Assembly (NCBI GenBank): GCA_902384455.1
Contig: CABMCB010000039.1
Span: 1-48,766, forward strand
DNA: 48,766 nucleotides
From: an uncultured archaeon
GTDB taxonomy: Archaea > Altiarchaeota > Altiarchaeia > IMC4 > SCGC-AAA252-I15
Reading direction: 5' to 3'
Shown: positions 35,729 to 45,126 of the stretch, one piece after another
How positions within the stretch are numbered: the first letter of the stretch is position 1
Layout: every line of letters starts with the position of its first letter
Position numbers and translations under genes: made by a program
The notes under the pieces: model-generated
Told to the model about the DNA's origin: nothing
The model's input: the letters and a program-made list of their open reading frames with translations, nothing else
The model's database searches: none

Positions 35729-38116
35729 CTACGCTGAAAGAACAATACTTTCTTTCTCTCCTTCCTCTACCGTGAGATTCTGAATCTTGCCTGTGCCGGC
35801 GACATCAGACAGCACCGCCTCAGCGTCGGCGCGTCTGCCTGCGGGAACAGTTATAACTGCGCTTGCGATATCAGCGCCAAGAGACATGCTTTTTTCAGTC
35901 TTGAAGCGGCGCACCTCGGCGATAAGAGAACGAGCAAGCTCGCCTCGCGCCTCAGCCATAGAATCCTTCAAAGACACGTCAACCTCAGGCCAAGAAGCCT
36001 TAGACGCAGGCACTTTGAACAACGACTCATGAACTTCATCGCAAACATGCGGAGTAAAAGGCGACAAAAGCTTAAGCAACGTAGACAAAGCCGTCGCAAG
36101 AACAAACTGCGCGGCACGCTTACTCTCAACGCCATAAACCTCAGGCTTATACAACCTATGCTTCACCATCTCCAAATAATCATCAGCCAACTCATGCCAA
36201 ATAAACGAACGCAAATCAGTCATCGGCCTGTTGAATACGTAGCCGTCAAGAGACGCAGTGCACTCCTCAGTCAAACTCGCAAGCCTCGAAAGCATCCACC
36301 TGTCTACGTCCCTAAGCTCTCCTCTGCTTCCGTCATAATCCGCAATCTGACCCTCAACAAACCGGCTGATATTCCACAACTTATTCAAAAACCGCTGGCT
36401 ATGCTCGCACTCCTCCCACGAAAACGGGTAATCCTCGCCAAGTGAGCCGCCTGCAGCCCACTGCCTCAAAGAATCCGCGCTATACTTAGTAAGCGGCTGC
36501 TCAGGCTCAATCACATTATTCAAACTCTTACTCATCTTACGTCCATCAGGCCCAGCAACCATGCCGTTAACCATCAAATCCCTAAAACACGGCTGACCAG
36601 TCAAAATCAAATTGCGGAAAATAGTGTAAAACGTCCAAGTACGAATAATCTCATAACCCTGCGGCCTCAAGCTCGCAGGATAAGTCGCCTTATGGAAGTG
36701 GTCGTCTACGCCCCACTTAGAGACCATAAGCGGCGTAACGCTGGAATCCACCCAACAATCGCAAACGTCAACCTCCCCGACAGCCTCATCGTGGCATTTA
36801 TGGCACTTGCGGGTCGTACCTCTGGGGTCGACAGGCAACTCGCTTTCCTTAGCGGGTTCTACTGTGCCGCATTTCTTGCAGACCCAAAAAGGTATAGGAG
36901 TCCCGAAAGTCCTCTGGCGGCTGATAATCCAATCCCAATCCATGCTCCCAGTCCAATCCTTAAGCCGCCCCAACATGTACGGCGGATACCAGTTCATGGA
37001 CTCCGCGGCCTTCTCAACGTCCGGGAGGCTGTCTGAAACTTTGATGAACCACTGTTCCATCGGCAAAAGTTCTATTGGGCTTTTGCATGACGCGCGTTCC
37101 GTGTGGCAAAGCACGTTATGGCACCGCTCCTCAATCTTCTTGATGAACCCCCTGTTCTCAAGGTCTGCGACAAAGTTCTTGCGCGCCTCCTTAACCGGCT
37201 GACCCCCGTAAGGTCCGGCGGCCTCCGTCATAGTGCCGTCTGGGGCTATGGCTTGGACTACCGGTAGGTTGTACTGCTTCTGCCATTTGATGTCCTGTTC
37301 GTCCCCGAAAGTGCACAGGTAAACCACCCCAGTCCCGAATTCCTTGTCCACAACGGGGTCTGCGATTATGGGGACTTCCTGCCCGAAGACAGGCATCTTA
37401 GCCTTCTTTCCAACGAATTTAGTGTAACGCTCGTCCTCCGGGTGGACGAAGACCGCAACGCAAGCAGGCATCATTTCAGGCCGCGTCGTTGCTATGGTGA
37501 GCCGGTCTTTTCCGCCGGCAACTTCAAGGTCAATGTAATAGAGTTTTCCTGGCTTCTCCTCATAACCTGTTTCAGCTTTGGCAAGCGCAGTCCCGCATTG
37601 CGTACACCACAAAACCGGGTGCTTTGCCCTGTAAAGAAGGTCCTTTTTATAGAAAATCAGCAGAGTCCTCTGGACGAGCCTCTTGTAATAGTCGTCCATA
37701 GTCCTGTAAGAATAATCCCAGTCGCTACTGTAACCTATGCTTTGGAACTGACTCTTCATCCGCGCAACAGCCTTCTCAGTCCAATCGCGGCAGGCCGCAA
37801 GGAAGGCGTCCCTGTTTCTGGGATCCACCTTCATCTTCTTCTCAACCTGCAATTCAGTAGGAAGCCCGTGGCAGTCGAACCCCTGCGGCAGATAAACGTT
37901 GAACCCCCGCATCCTCTTGTATCTGGCTACAGTGTCAATCCAAACGTGATTGAAAATGTGCCCCATATGGAGAGTGCCCGACGTGAAAGGAGGCGGAGTA
38001 TCAAAACTGTAAACCGGCTTGCCGCCCTCAGCCTTAAAGCGGAAAAAACCCTCATCAAGCCAACGCTTCTGCCACCGCGGCTCCAACTCCTTAGGCTCGT
38101 AACGTTTCGAAAGCAT
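35729..38116 (-). CDS. valS: Valine--tRNA ligase (archaeal type)
   Basis: DTPPPFTSGTLHMGH, GFDCHGLPTE, ATTRPE, WIISRQR, QGYEIIRTW, KMSKS. Start ATG 38116 after an AGGTGG SD. Confidence 0.97.
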   Translation of the reverse strand: MLSKRYEPKELEPRWQKRWLDEGFFRFKAEGGKPVYSFDTPPPFTSGTLHMGHIFNHVWIDTVARYKRMRGFNVYLPQGFDCHGLPTELQVEKKMKVDPRNRDAFLAACRDWTEKAVARMKSQFQSIGYSSDWDYSYRTMDDYYKRLVQRTLLIFYKKDLLYRAKHPVLWCTQCGTALAKAETGYEEKPGKLYYIDLEVAGGKDRLTIATTRPEMMPACVAVFVHPEDERYTKFVGKKAKMPVFGQEVPIIADPVVDKEFGTGVVYLCTFGDEQDIKWQKQYNLPVVQAIAPDGTMTEAAGPYGGQPVKEARKNFVADLENRGFIKKIEERCHNVLCHTERASCKSPIELLPMEQWFIKVSDSLPDVEKAAESMNWYPPYMLGRLKDWTGSMDWDWIISRQRTFGTPIPFWVCKKCGTVEPAKESELPVDPRGTTRKCHKCHDEAVGEVDVCDCWVDSSVTPLMVSKWGVDDHFHKATYPASLRPQGYEIIRTWTFYTIFRNLILTGQPCFRDLMVNGMVAGPDGRKMSKSLNNVIEPEQPLTKYSADSLRQWAAGGSLGEDYPFSWEECEHSQRFLNKLWNISRFVEGQIADYDGSRGELRDVDRWMLSRLASLTEECTASLDGYVFNRPMTDLRSFIWHELADDYLEMVKHRLYKPEVYGVESKRAAQFVLATALSTLLKLLSPFTPHVCDEVHESLFKVPASKASWPEVDVSLKDSMAEARGELARSLIAEVRRFKTEKSMSLGADIASAVITVPAGRRADAEAVLSDVAGTGKIQNLTVEEGEKESIVLSA

Positions 38117-38232
38117 CAGTCCACCTGAAAAACAGATAATACATAAATACGACGCCCCTATTAAAACCGCCGAAACCAAAACGCAAACAAAACCGCAACA
38201 GAATATATAAACCACCACTCTGAGTAAGTAGC

Positions 38233-39015
38233 ATGGTAGACCTAATCGCAGCCGTCCTATCAATAATCTTCTCCTTCGCCTTCGCCATACCCTTCCTCCT
38301 TGTGGGCCTAGGATTCCTCGGAGCATTCTTCAAGATAATCCGCCAATACGAGCGAGGAATACTGTTCGCATTCGGAAAATACGCGGGAACACTCAAACCC
38401 GGCCTAAACATAATAATCCCATTCTACCACCGCGTCCAAGTAGTCGACCTAAGACTAAACACACTGGAAGTGCCCAAACAAGAAGTCATGACCAAAGACA
38501 ACGTTCCAGTCAACATAAACGCAGTCATCTACTTCAAAGTCAACAAACCCGAAAAAGCAGTGCTAAACGTAGAAGACTACAACTACGCAGTAGCCAAATA
38601 CGGCCAAACCAGCCTGAGAAACGTGTCTGGCGAAATAACGCTCGACCAACTGCTTTCGGAACGCCAGCAGATAGCCGACAAACTAAGGATAATAGTCGAC
38701 AAAGCGACAGAACCATGGGGAATAGAAGTAGTCCACCTCGAACTCCAAGACATAGAGGTGCCAGACACCCTAAAGCGGACGATGGCCAAGCAGGCTGAAG
38801 CCGAGCGCGAACGCCGCGCAGTCATAATAAGCAGCGAAGGAGACGTCGCAGCAAGCGGAAACCTCGCCAAAGCCGCCGCCCTATTGGGAGGCGCTCCCGG
38901 CGCACTGCACCTGAGGACGCTTCAGTCACTAAACGACATAGCAAGCGACGAAACCAACTCAGTCATATTCATAGTGCCTCTGGAAACACTCAGGGCATAC
39001 GAGGAGGTAGACTAA
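38233..39015 (+). CDS. SPFH/stomatin-like (slipin) protein with N-terminal TM
   Basis: QYERGI, PGL, VDLR, QEVMTKDNV, WGIEV, MAKQAEAERERRA, LRTLQ. Confidence 0.92.
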   Translation: MVDLIAAVLSIIFSFAFAIPFLLVGLGFLGAFFKIIRQYERGILFAFGKYAGTLKPGLNIIIPFYHRVQVVDLRLNTLEVPKQEVMTKDNVPVNINAVIYFKVNKPEKAVLNVEDYNYAVAKYGQTSLRNVSGEITLDQLLSERQQIADKLRIIVDKATEPWGIEVVHLELQDIEVPDTLKRTMAKQAEAERERRAVIISSEGDVAASGNLAKAAALLGGAPGALHLRTLQSLNDIASDETNSVIFIVPLETLRAYEEVD

Positions 39016-39016
39016 A

Positions 39017-39814
39017 ATGTGCCTCAAAGTCATAAACCAATACGAAAAAGGAGTCCTCTTCGGATTCGGAAACTACGTCGGCGAAAGAGGACCAGGCCTA
39101 AACATAATCCTACCCCTATACCACGACATAGTCATAGTCGACACCCGCGTAAAGACAATTGAAATACCCAAACAGGAGGCCATGACTAAAGACAACGTGC
39201 CGGTCAACATCAACGCAGTCCTGCTTTTCAGCATCGTAGACGCGAGCAAGGCGGTGCTGAACGTCCGCGACGTCATATACGCGGTATCCAAATACGCTCA
39301 GACAAGCATGAGAAACGTCATAGGCGAAACCACGCTTGACGAACTGCTTTCGGAACGCCAGCAGATAGCAGACAAACTCAAAGAAATCATAGACAAAAGC
39401 GTGGAAAAATGGGGCATAGACGTCACAGCAATAGAGCTACAGGACATAGAACTCCCCGACAGCCTCAAACGCACAATGGCCAAGCAGGCTGAAGCCGAGC
39501 GCGAACGCCGAGCAGTCATAATAAACAGCGAAGGAGAACTGGCAGCAGCCAAAAACATAGTGAAAGCCGCAAACACCCTATACAACTCAACCGGGGCACT
39601 ACACTTAAGGACGCTGCACGCAATCAACGACCTATCAAGCGACCAAAGCAAAACAACCGTATACGCAGTGCCAATAGAACTACTACGCGTGCTTGAACGC
39701 ACAGTCGACGTCCTAGAAGACGCCCACGGAAAAAACAAGAAAGAAGCCGCAGAAACCGCCGACAAAAAAGAAGGAAAAAAACAAGCAAAAAAACCAAATG
39801 ACGGCGGTATTTGA
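39017..39814 (+). CDS. Second SPFH/stomatin-like paralog lacking the N-terminal TM
   Basis: Same motifs; starts directly at MCLKVINQYEKG; Lys/Glu-rich tail. Confidence 0.9.
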   Translation: MCLKVINQYEKGVLFGFGNYVGERGPGLNIILPLYHDIVIVDTRVKTIEIPKQEAMTKDNVPVNINAVLLFSIVDASKAVLNVRDVIYAVSKYAQTSMRNVIGETTLDELLSERQQIADKLKEIIDKSVEKWGIDVTAIELQDIELPDSLKRTMAKQAEAERERRAVIINSEGELAAAKNIVKAANTLYNSTGALHLRTLHAINDLSSDQSKTTVYAVPIELLRVLERTVDVLEDAHGKNKKEAAETADKKEGKKQAKKPNDGGI

Positions 39815-40178
39815 CTTCCTAGAACCGGACCACAAGAAACTATGGGCATTCATCTGCTTCATACTCCTATTCTCCCTAACCGTAGCCATATTCACCCCAG
39901 AATGCTTCCTAGGCCAATGCCTAGTCACCCAAAATAAACCAGAAACAGGAACAGCAATATACCTGCTGCAGTATGCCTTCATCTCAATCGGCGTATTCTT
40001 CAACTTCCTGATACACTCCGGAAACACACTATCCGAGTTTCTTACGGACGCATTCCCCTACTTTACTATGCCCTATTCGCCGGCAATAGAAGGAGTGTCT
40101 CTGGCGACCTACGTAGCCATCATCCTGTGGTTCCTGTCCTGCGCAATCACGTGGATGCAGGAAAAAATAAGAGGATAA
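39798..40178 (+). CDS. Hypothetical membrane protein (3 hydrophobic segments)
   Basis: Overlaps the SPFH stop; hydrophobic helices; Cys pair. Confidence 0.65.
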   Translation: MTAVFDFLEPDHKKLWAFICFILLFSLTVAIFTPECFLGQCLVTQNKPETGTAIYLLQYAFISIGVFFNFLIHSGNTLSEFLTDAFPYFTMPYSPAIEGVSLATYVAIILWFLSCAITWMQEKIRG

Positions 40179-40179
40179 A

Positions 40180-40228
40180 AAGCGAAACAAAAACAAAAGA
40201 AGAAAAATAAAAAAGAAAAAAAAGAAAG
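40180..40228 (-). terminator. Oligo-T terminator region for the MC1 gene
   Basis: Long T-rich tract on the minus strand just after the stop at 40244. Confidence 0.55.
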
Positions 40229-40243
40229 GGGAGGCGTTTAAAC

Positions 40244-40525
40244 TTAAACGCGCTCTATTCCGCCCTTCTCGACGTTGGCTTTCTTGACTTTGTCTGGAAG
40301 CCAATCGGGTTTGTTCGCAGGGGCTTTGACGATGTCAACCCACCCTTTGAACACGTGAACCTTGTTAGTTCCGCGCTCACGGAGTTTGATGTCAACTTTA
40401 CCCCCGCCTACCTTAGCCAACCGGCTTGCAGCCTTTAGAGCAGCCTGCCTGGGTTGCTTGCCCGAGAAGATGTGTTCCGTGTCTTTTCCGCCCTTCTGAA
40501 GGACAAAGTATTTCTTGTCGTCCAT
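40244..40525 (-). CDS. Non-histone chromosomal protein MC1
   Basis: FSGKQPRQAALKAASR, LRERGTNKVHVFKG, PDWLP, ANVEK. Confidence 0.92.
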   Translation of the reverse strand: MDDKKYFVLQKGGKDTEHIFSGKQPRQAALKAASRLAKVGGGKVDIKLRERGTNKVHVFKGWVDIVKAPANKPDWLPDKVKKANVEKGGIERV

Positions 40526-40632
40526 GTTTAATCACCAACTTTGTGGTGAAAATACATTACGCCGACTCCTTTAAAAACTAGATGGGGCGCAATCTCTCGT
40601 TTTTGCTTTATAAACACCAACGGGTAAATTAC

Positions 40633-41025
40633 TCACCGCTTTTTTACGGCATCCAAAATCCGCAACGCAAGATGCCCCGCATTCTCCCCATTATCAATAC
40701 CCACGCACGCAACAGGCACGCCCTTAGGCATCTGAACCACAGAAAGCAAAGCGTCAAGGCCGCCCAGTTTCGCTGAAATGGGTACGCCGACGACAGGCTT
40801 CTTAGTCAACGACGCGACGACGCCCGGCAACGCAGCAGACAAACCTGCTATGCATATGAAGACTGAAGCGTCAGAACCCAAGACAATCTTCTTGAGGCGC
40901 TCAGGCTCCCGGTGCGCGCTACAGTACTCAACCGAATAAGAAGCGTTCCCCTCAAGAACAGACGTGGCCTTAGCCACAACCTGCTCGTCGCTTTTGCTGC
41001 CTGCGATAACCAGGACATCAACCAT
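40633..41025 (-). CDS. purE: AIR carboxylase/N5-CAIR mutase (short form)
   Basis: [44 protein letters not shown]. Confidence 0.92.
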   Translation of the reverse strand: MVDVLVIAGSKSDEQVVAKATSVLEGNASYSVEYCSAHREPERLKKIVLGSDASVFICIAGLSAALPGVVASLTKKPVVGVPISAKLGGLDALLSVVQMPKGVPVACVGIDNGENAGHLALRILDAVKKR

Positions 41026-41080
41026 ATTACCTACTTAGCAGCACACATTATTAACCAACAAAGACATCTTTCATTACGCA

Positions 41081-41896
41081 ATGATAAACGTGGCACTATT
41101 CGGGTCAGGCCGCATGGGTCGCGCCATAACCCGCACATTAGCGGACTGCAAGGACATGAAGCTTGTGTTGGTTTTTACCGCGCCGGGCACCCCCGACGTA
41201 GGGAAAGACATGGGTGTTCTCGCCGGATTGCCGTCAGGAGAAAACGGGGTAATAATACAAGAGGCAACGGACGTAGCCCAAAAACTGAAGAAATCCAAAG
41301 TCAACGTTGCAGTAGACTTCACGGAAGCATCCGCAGCAACAGCAAACATGACGGCCGCGGCATCAGCAGGATGCAGCCTCGTCATAGGAACTACCGGATT
41401 CACGCCCGAGCAACGGAAAGCAATCGAAGACGCAGTCGCCAAAAACAACGTCGGAGCAGTCATAAGCCCCAACTTCAGCGTAGGCGTAAACGTATTCTGG
41501 AAACTGCTTGAAGAAGCCGCAAAAAAACTACCCAGCTACGACGTAGAAATAGTCGAAGCCCACCACAAATTCAAAAAAGACGCGCCAAGCGGCACAGCAA
41601 TGAAATCTGCGGAAGTAATAGCCAAAGCCCTAGGAAGAGACCTAAAAACCTCCGCAGTATACGGACGCCAAGGACTAAGCCCACGCAAAACAGAAGACAT
41701 AGCAATACTAGCAGTAAGAGGAGGCGACATAGTAGGCGACCACACAGCCTACTACATAACAGTCGGAGAGCGGATTGAAATCACACACCGCGCACACGGA
41801 CGCGAAGCATTCGCAAGCGGAATACCACCCGCAACCAGATACATAACAAAAAACAAAGGCACACACACAATGGCCGACGTACTAAACCTAAACTAA
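41081..41896 (+). CDS. dapB: 4-hydroxy-tetrahydrodipicolinate reductase
   Basis: GSGRMG, VDFT, IGTTG, SPNFSVGVN, EAHHKFKKDAPSGTA, RGGDIVGDH. Confidence 0.96.
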   Translation: MINVALFGSGRMGRAITRTLADCKDMKLVLVFTAPGTPDVGKDMGVLAGLPSGENGVIIQEATDVAQKLKKSKVNVAVDFTEASAATANMTAAASAGCSLVIGTTGFTPEQRKAIEDAVAKNNVGAVISPNFSVGVNVFWKLLEEAAKKLPSYDVEIVEAHHKFKKDAPSGTAMKSAEVIAKALGRDLKTSAVYGRQGLSPRKTEDIAILAVRGGDIVGDHTAYYITVGERIEITHRAHGREAFASGIPPATRYITKNKGTHTMADVLNLN

Positions 41897-41910
41897 ACAC
41901 CTCAGCCCGA

Positions 41911-42675
41911 CTAATCCTTCGGCCCTATGTTTCTCACAAAGAATATCGCGGCAGCGATAAGCAGCATCAGGACTATCAAGTAGACGACTAAGAAAGAGTT
42001 GCCGCTTTTCATATCGGGAATAGTTTCGGCGATTGTCGTGGAAGTAGTAGCTGAACCTTCGGGCGTAAACCCGTAGCATGTCGCAGTAGCATTGACGCAG
42101 TCGCAGGCTACCCCCTCGTCCTGGTTGCCGAAGCAACTTCTTACGACGTCGCCTTTCTTCTGGCATTCGCCGACGCAATAGTCAAAACAATCCTTGCAAG
42201 GCTCATACGTGGTGGCATTGCAGCAATCCAATTTCCCGTCGCCGGTAGAATCAAAATGAACAGTGCATATACCCGAGAAAGCACCGCAACCCAAAGATAA
42301 CCCCTGCATGGACTTCAGGCGATAAATCCTCTGATTCTCAGTTAAGAGCGTTTCGTTCTCCAGATAAAAGGCCGGATTATCCGGATTAATAATGGTGATG
42401 TTGCTGCCGGACCGCCTAACCTCATCCAAGTGAGACTCCACAACATAATCCGGAGTCCGCATAAGCCCAGGAATATCCGCCCAAGGATAAGTAGTGCTCG
42501 AAGTGGTGCTTGTGGAAGAGGACGAAACAAAATGCCCTAAAAACTGCGAGTAATCAATAGAAGTGCTCGTCTCATAAGGCCCCGCATAATCCTGCTGTGA
42601 AGAAACGTATTGAGGGACAAGAACGGCATTAACTACGGCCAGAATAAAGAGCGCCCGAAATCTTGCATCCATCAT
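41911..42675 (-). CDS. Hypothetical Cys-rich surface protein with C-terminal TM
   Basis: Signal peptide, Ser/Thr-rich linkers, dense Cys block, hydrophobic C-terminus. Confidence 0.7.
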   Translation of the reverse strand: MMDARFRALFILAVVNAVLVPQYVSSQQDYAGPYETSTSIDYSQFLGHFVSSSSTSTTSSTTYPWADIPGLMRTPDYVVESHLDEVRRSGSNITIINPDNPAFYLENETLLTENQRIYRLKSMQGLSLGCGAFSGICTVHFDSTGDGKLDCCNATTYEPCKDCFDYCVGECQKKGDVVRSCFGNQDEGVACDCVNATATCYGFTPEGSATTSTTIAETIPDMKSGNSFLVVYLIVLMLLIAAAIFFVRNIGPKD

Positions 42676-42809
42676 CAACTTTTGTGTATCCGGTCATAAA
42701 AACATCCGATGAGCTGGCCCGTAAATCTCCGTTAGGCGTGAGCTCTCAAAACCGTATGTATTATTTATACTATACACTTCCTCTTACCAATACTAATAGT
42801 GTAACGCAC

Positions 42810-43235
42810 ATGTTTGACGAGAAAATCCAGTTCACAACGGTTGCTGAGCTTAACTCACGAAGCAAAAACGTCAACGTAGAAGTAAAAATAGTGTCGATAG
42901 AGGAAGCGCGAAAAGTCCGAAGCAGAAGCGACAGCACACTGCACCGCGTAACCGAAGCACTAGTTGGCGACTCGACCGGAGTAGTGCTTCTAACCCTTTG
43001 GGACGAGCAAATAGACGCATTTTCCGTCGGAAAAACGTATGCCGTAAAGAACGCCTTCATCAACCTAATCAACGGCACAATGCACTTAAACGTAGGACGC
43101 TAAGGGGAAGTCAAGGAAACAACAAAGGAAATGGAAGTCAACCAAACAAACAACGTCAGCCAAAAAAAGCACGAAGACCCCAGAAGCAAGAACCGGTTCA
43201 ACCTAATGAGCGGCTCACTAGGCGGAACATATTAA
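42810..43235 (+). pseudogene. Single-OB-fold single-stranded DNA-binding protein interrupted by in-frame TAA at 43101-43103
   Basis: VNVEVKIV, HRVTEALVGDSTGVVLLTLWD, VKNAF, LNVGR*GEV; the frame continues 43 codons (EVNQTNNVSQKKHE...) to TAA at 43235. Confidence 0.75.
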
Positions 43236-43280
43236 GCCACCCCCAGCAAGAGCGAGACGCCCTGATTCCTAATTCAACCT

Positions 43281-43988
43281 CTATCTGGTTCCTAAAAAAA
43301 CTTCCCCCGGCTTGTCTGCTTCATTCATCGCGTGAATCACGTTCTCCAGCTTAATCATGAACCCCGGGTCCGGCTCTTCTTTAGGCGGTTGAATAACCAC
43401 TTCACTACCCGGCGGAATAACCTCCAAATGCTTTTTATCACCCTCCCCGCCGATATACATCATTTTAGACTTTTCGCCTGTTTTTACCGTATCCCCAATC
43501 CTCAACTTAGTGTCCGCAGTCAAAGGAACCCACTCACTGCTGCCAGCAGGCTTATACATGACTTCCCCCTTCACAAAAGTAGTCTCACCATAAACAGGCG
43601 CATTTCCCTGAATCTTATCCTTAATGCTATCAGCCACACCAGCAGTGCTCTCCCCCGCAGTCATAGTCTTACATAACGCGTTCTGCTTAGTGTCCTCAAT
43701 TTTACCGCACGTGAAAAAGTCGCCTGACGCAATTGCAACCCTACTATAACAAGAGTCAGCATTCGTTTTATTGGAAATAAGAGTACACGCATCGGGAACC
43801 CTAAGGCCTAACGCGACCCATGCAAAGCAACTGTCTTTTTCGGCTTGTGTCTGAAGAGTATTGCATACGGTCGGGTCGCCGTCGTCCATGGCTTTGTCTG
43901 CCGCCTGGGTGACAGCGGAGTCATCGAACTCGCAGCCGCAAACAAACACTACAATAACAACCGCAACAAGAACCCACCTAAGACGCAT
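43281..43988 (-). CDS. Putative lipoprotein with Cys-rich helical repeats and C-terminal FecR-like domain
   Basis: Lipobox-like VCGC; three Cys-paired helical repeats; GEVMYKPAGSSEWVPL...GDTVKTGEKS. Confidence 0.72.
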   Translation of the reverse strand: MRLRWVLVAVVIVVFVCGCEFDDSAVTQAADKAMDDGDPTVCNTLQTQAEKDSCFAWVALGLRVPDACTLISNKTNADSCYSRVAIASGDFFTCGKIEDTKQNALCKTMTAGESTAGVADSIKDKIQGNAPVYGETTFVKGEVMYKPAGSSEWVPLTADTKLRIGDTVKTGEKSKMMYIGGEGDKKHLEVIPPGSEVVIQPPKEEPDPGFMIKLENVIHAMNEADKPGEVFLGTR

Positions 43989-44031
43989 AAATAATCCTTC
44001 TCAAACAGAGAATAAAAAAACTGCGGGCCAG

Positions 44032-44934
44032 TCAAACAAGCATGTTAAACAAATAGCCGATGATTATTATGCCTAACGCAACGATTCCAAAGAACGTGAG
44101 GATGAGTTGAATCCGCATCACCCTGCGCAGAATTATCGCCTCAGGCAGACTTAGGGCTGCAGTAGACATCATAAAAGCCAACGCAGTACCCAAAGGAACA
44201 CCCTTCTCAAACAACGCAGCAGCGATAGGGAGTACTGCGGCGCAGTTTGCGTACATGGGAACGCCTATCGCTACTACTATGGGAACGGCGAAGACACCTG
44301 CAGCAGCGACCGCCCCGTCAATTACGGCCTGCGGAATGAAGCCGTGAATGACAGCGCCAACTCCAACTCCTAAAAGAACCCACTTCCAAAGGGAACTGAC
44401 GATGTCGTTGGCTTCGTGAACCCCAAAAACCACGCGTTTCTTCAATTCCTTATATCCGACGGAATTCTCCCGCGCTTCCTGAGCCTGCATACCCTCAACC
44501 AAATACCTCTCCATGTTAAGCCGGCTGATAACCAACCCGGAAACGATGGCCAAAAGAAGCCCGGTGACAATGTACGCAACAGTCACCTTAAGCCCGAAGA
44601 AACCAAGCATCAAGACAACGAGGTATTCGTTTATGAGTGGGGAGGCGACAAGGAAAGTGAATGCGCTGCCCAAAGGCGCGCCAGCCTTAATGAAACCGAT
44701 AAACAGGGGGATGGAAGAACAAGAACAAAACGGAGTAACAGCACCAAAAAAAGCGGCCGCCACATAGCTTATGCCGTATCTCCCGCTAAGCCAGCCACGG
44801 ATTTTCTTCTGAGGAATATACGTTCTTACCACGCCAATGGCAAACACCATCAGCCACAATAAAACCAGAATCTTAACGCTGTCGTAAAGGAAAAACTCAA
44901 GCACCGACTCGGAAGCGCCTTCAGCAAGAACCAT
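44032..44934 (-). CDS. DUF318/ArsP-like permease
   Basis: TPFCSCSSIPLF, FLVASPLINE, IHGFIP, GVPMYAN, KGVPLGTALAFMM, LSLPE. Confidence 0.92.
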   Translation of the reverse strand: MVLAEGASESVLEFFLYDSVKILVLLWLMVFAIGVVRTYIPQKKIRGWLSGRYGISYVAAAFFGAVTPFCSCSSIPLFIGFIKAGAPLGSAFTFLVASPLINEYLVVLMLGFFGLKVTVAYIVTGLLLAIVSGLVISRLNMERYLVEGMQAQEARENSVGYKELKKRVVFGVHEANDIVSSLWKWVLLGVGVGAVIHGFIPQAVIDGAVAAAGVFAVPIVVAIGVPMYANCAAVLPIAAALFEKGVPLGTALAFMMSTAALSLPEAIILRRVMRIQLILTFFGIVALGIIIIGYLFNMLV

Positions 44935-45066
44935 CTACGTGCCCTTCTTTTCCGGCGAACACTTGCCGCCCTTACAGCAGCACGGCTTCTGCTCAGCCTT
45001 CTTCTCAAGCTTACTGTCCAATGAATCCAGAATGCGGGAAACAAAACCCCTCTTTTCTTCAGCCAT
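44935..45066 (-). CDS. 43-aa Cys-rich peptide (CCC motif), not in ORF track
   Basis: MAEEKRGFVSRILDSLDSKLEKKAEQKPCCCKGGKCSPEKKGT*; its TAG directly abuts the permease ATG. Confidence 0.7.
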   Translation of the reverse strand: MAEEKRGFVSRILDSLDSKLEKKAEQKPCCCKGGKCSPEKKGT

Positions 45067-45075
45067 ACATACCAC

Positions 45076-45099
45076 ACATATTCAAATATTCGAATATGT
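45076..45099. promoter_or_regulatory. Probable ArsR operator (ACATATTC-N8-GAATATGT)
   Basis: 8-bp perfect inverted repeat in the 60-bp divergent intergenic region. Confidence 0.7.
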
Positions 45100-45126
45100 A
45101 AATATGTAAAGAGAGGTTAAAAACCC

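Noticed and set aside
38117-38326. Long N-terminal extensions in the ORF track (valS from 38326; also 8346, 19064, 28949, 42663, 11331, 16927)
   Set aside because: They overlap neighbouring genes or promoters; downstream starts fit the SD, TATA spacing or ATGA coupling and family N-termini.
38648-39510. Duplicated blocks as DGR template/variable repeats or mobile-element ends
   Set aside because: They occupy equivalent positions in paralogous genes; there is no run of adenine-specific mismatches and no reverse transcriptase or transposase in the window.
42690-42800. Possible fluoride riboswitch or small RNA in the intergenic region
   Set aside because: Only a GATGAG fragment resembles the motif; no convincing pairing and no relevant downstream gene.
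43101-43103. Genome-wide stop-codon reassignment
   Set aside because: TAA, TAG and TGA all terminate conserved genes at expected positions elsewhere in the window.
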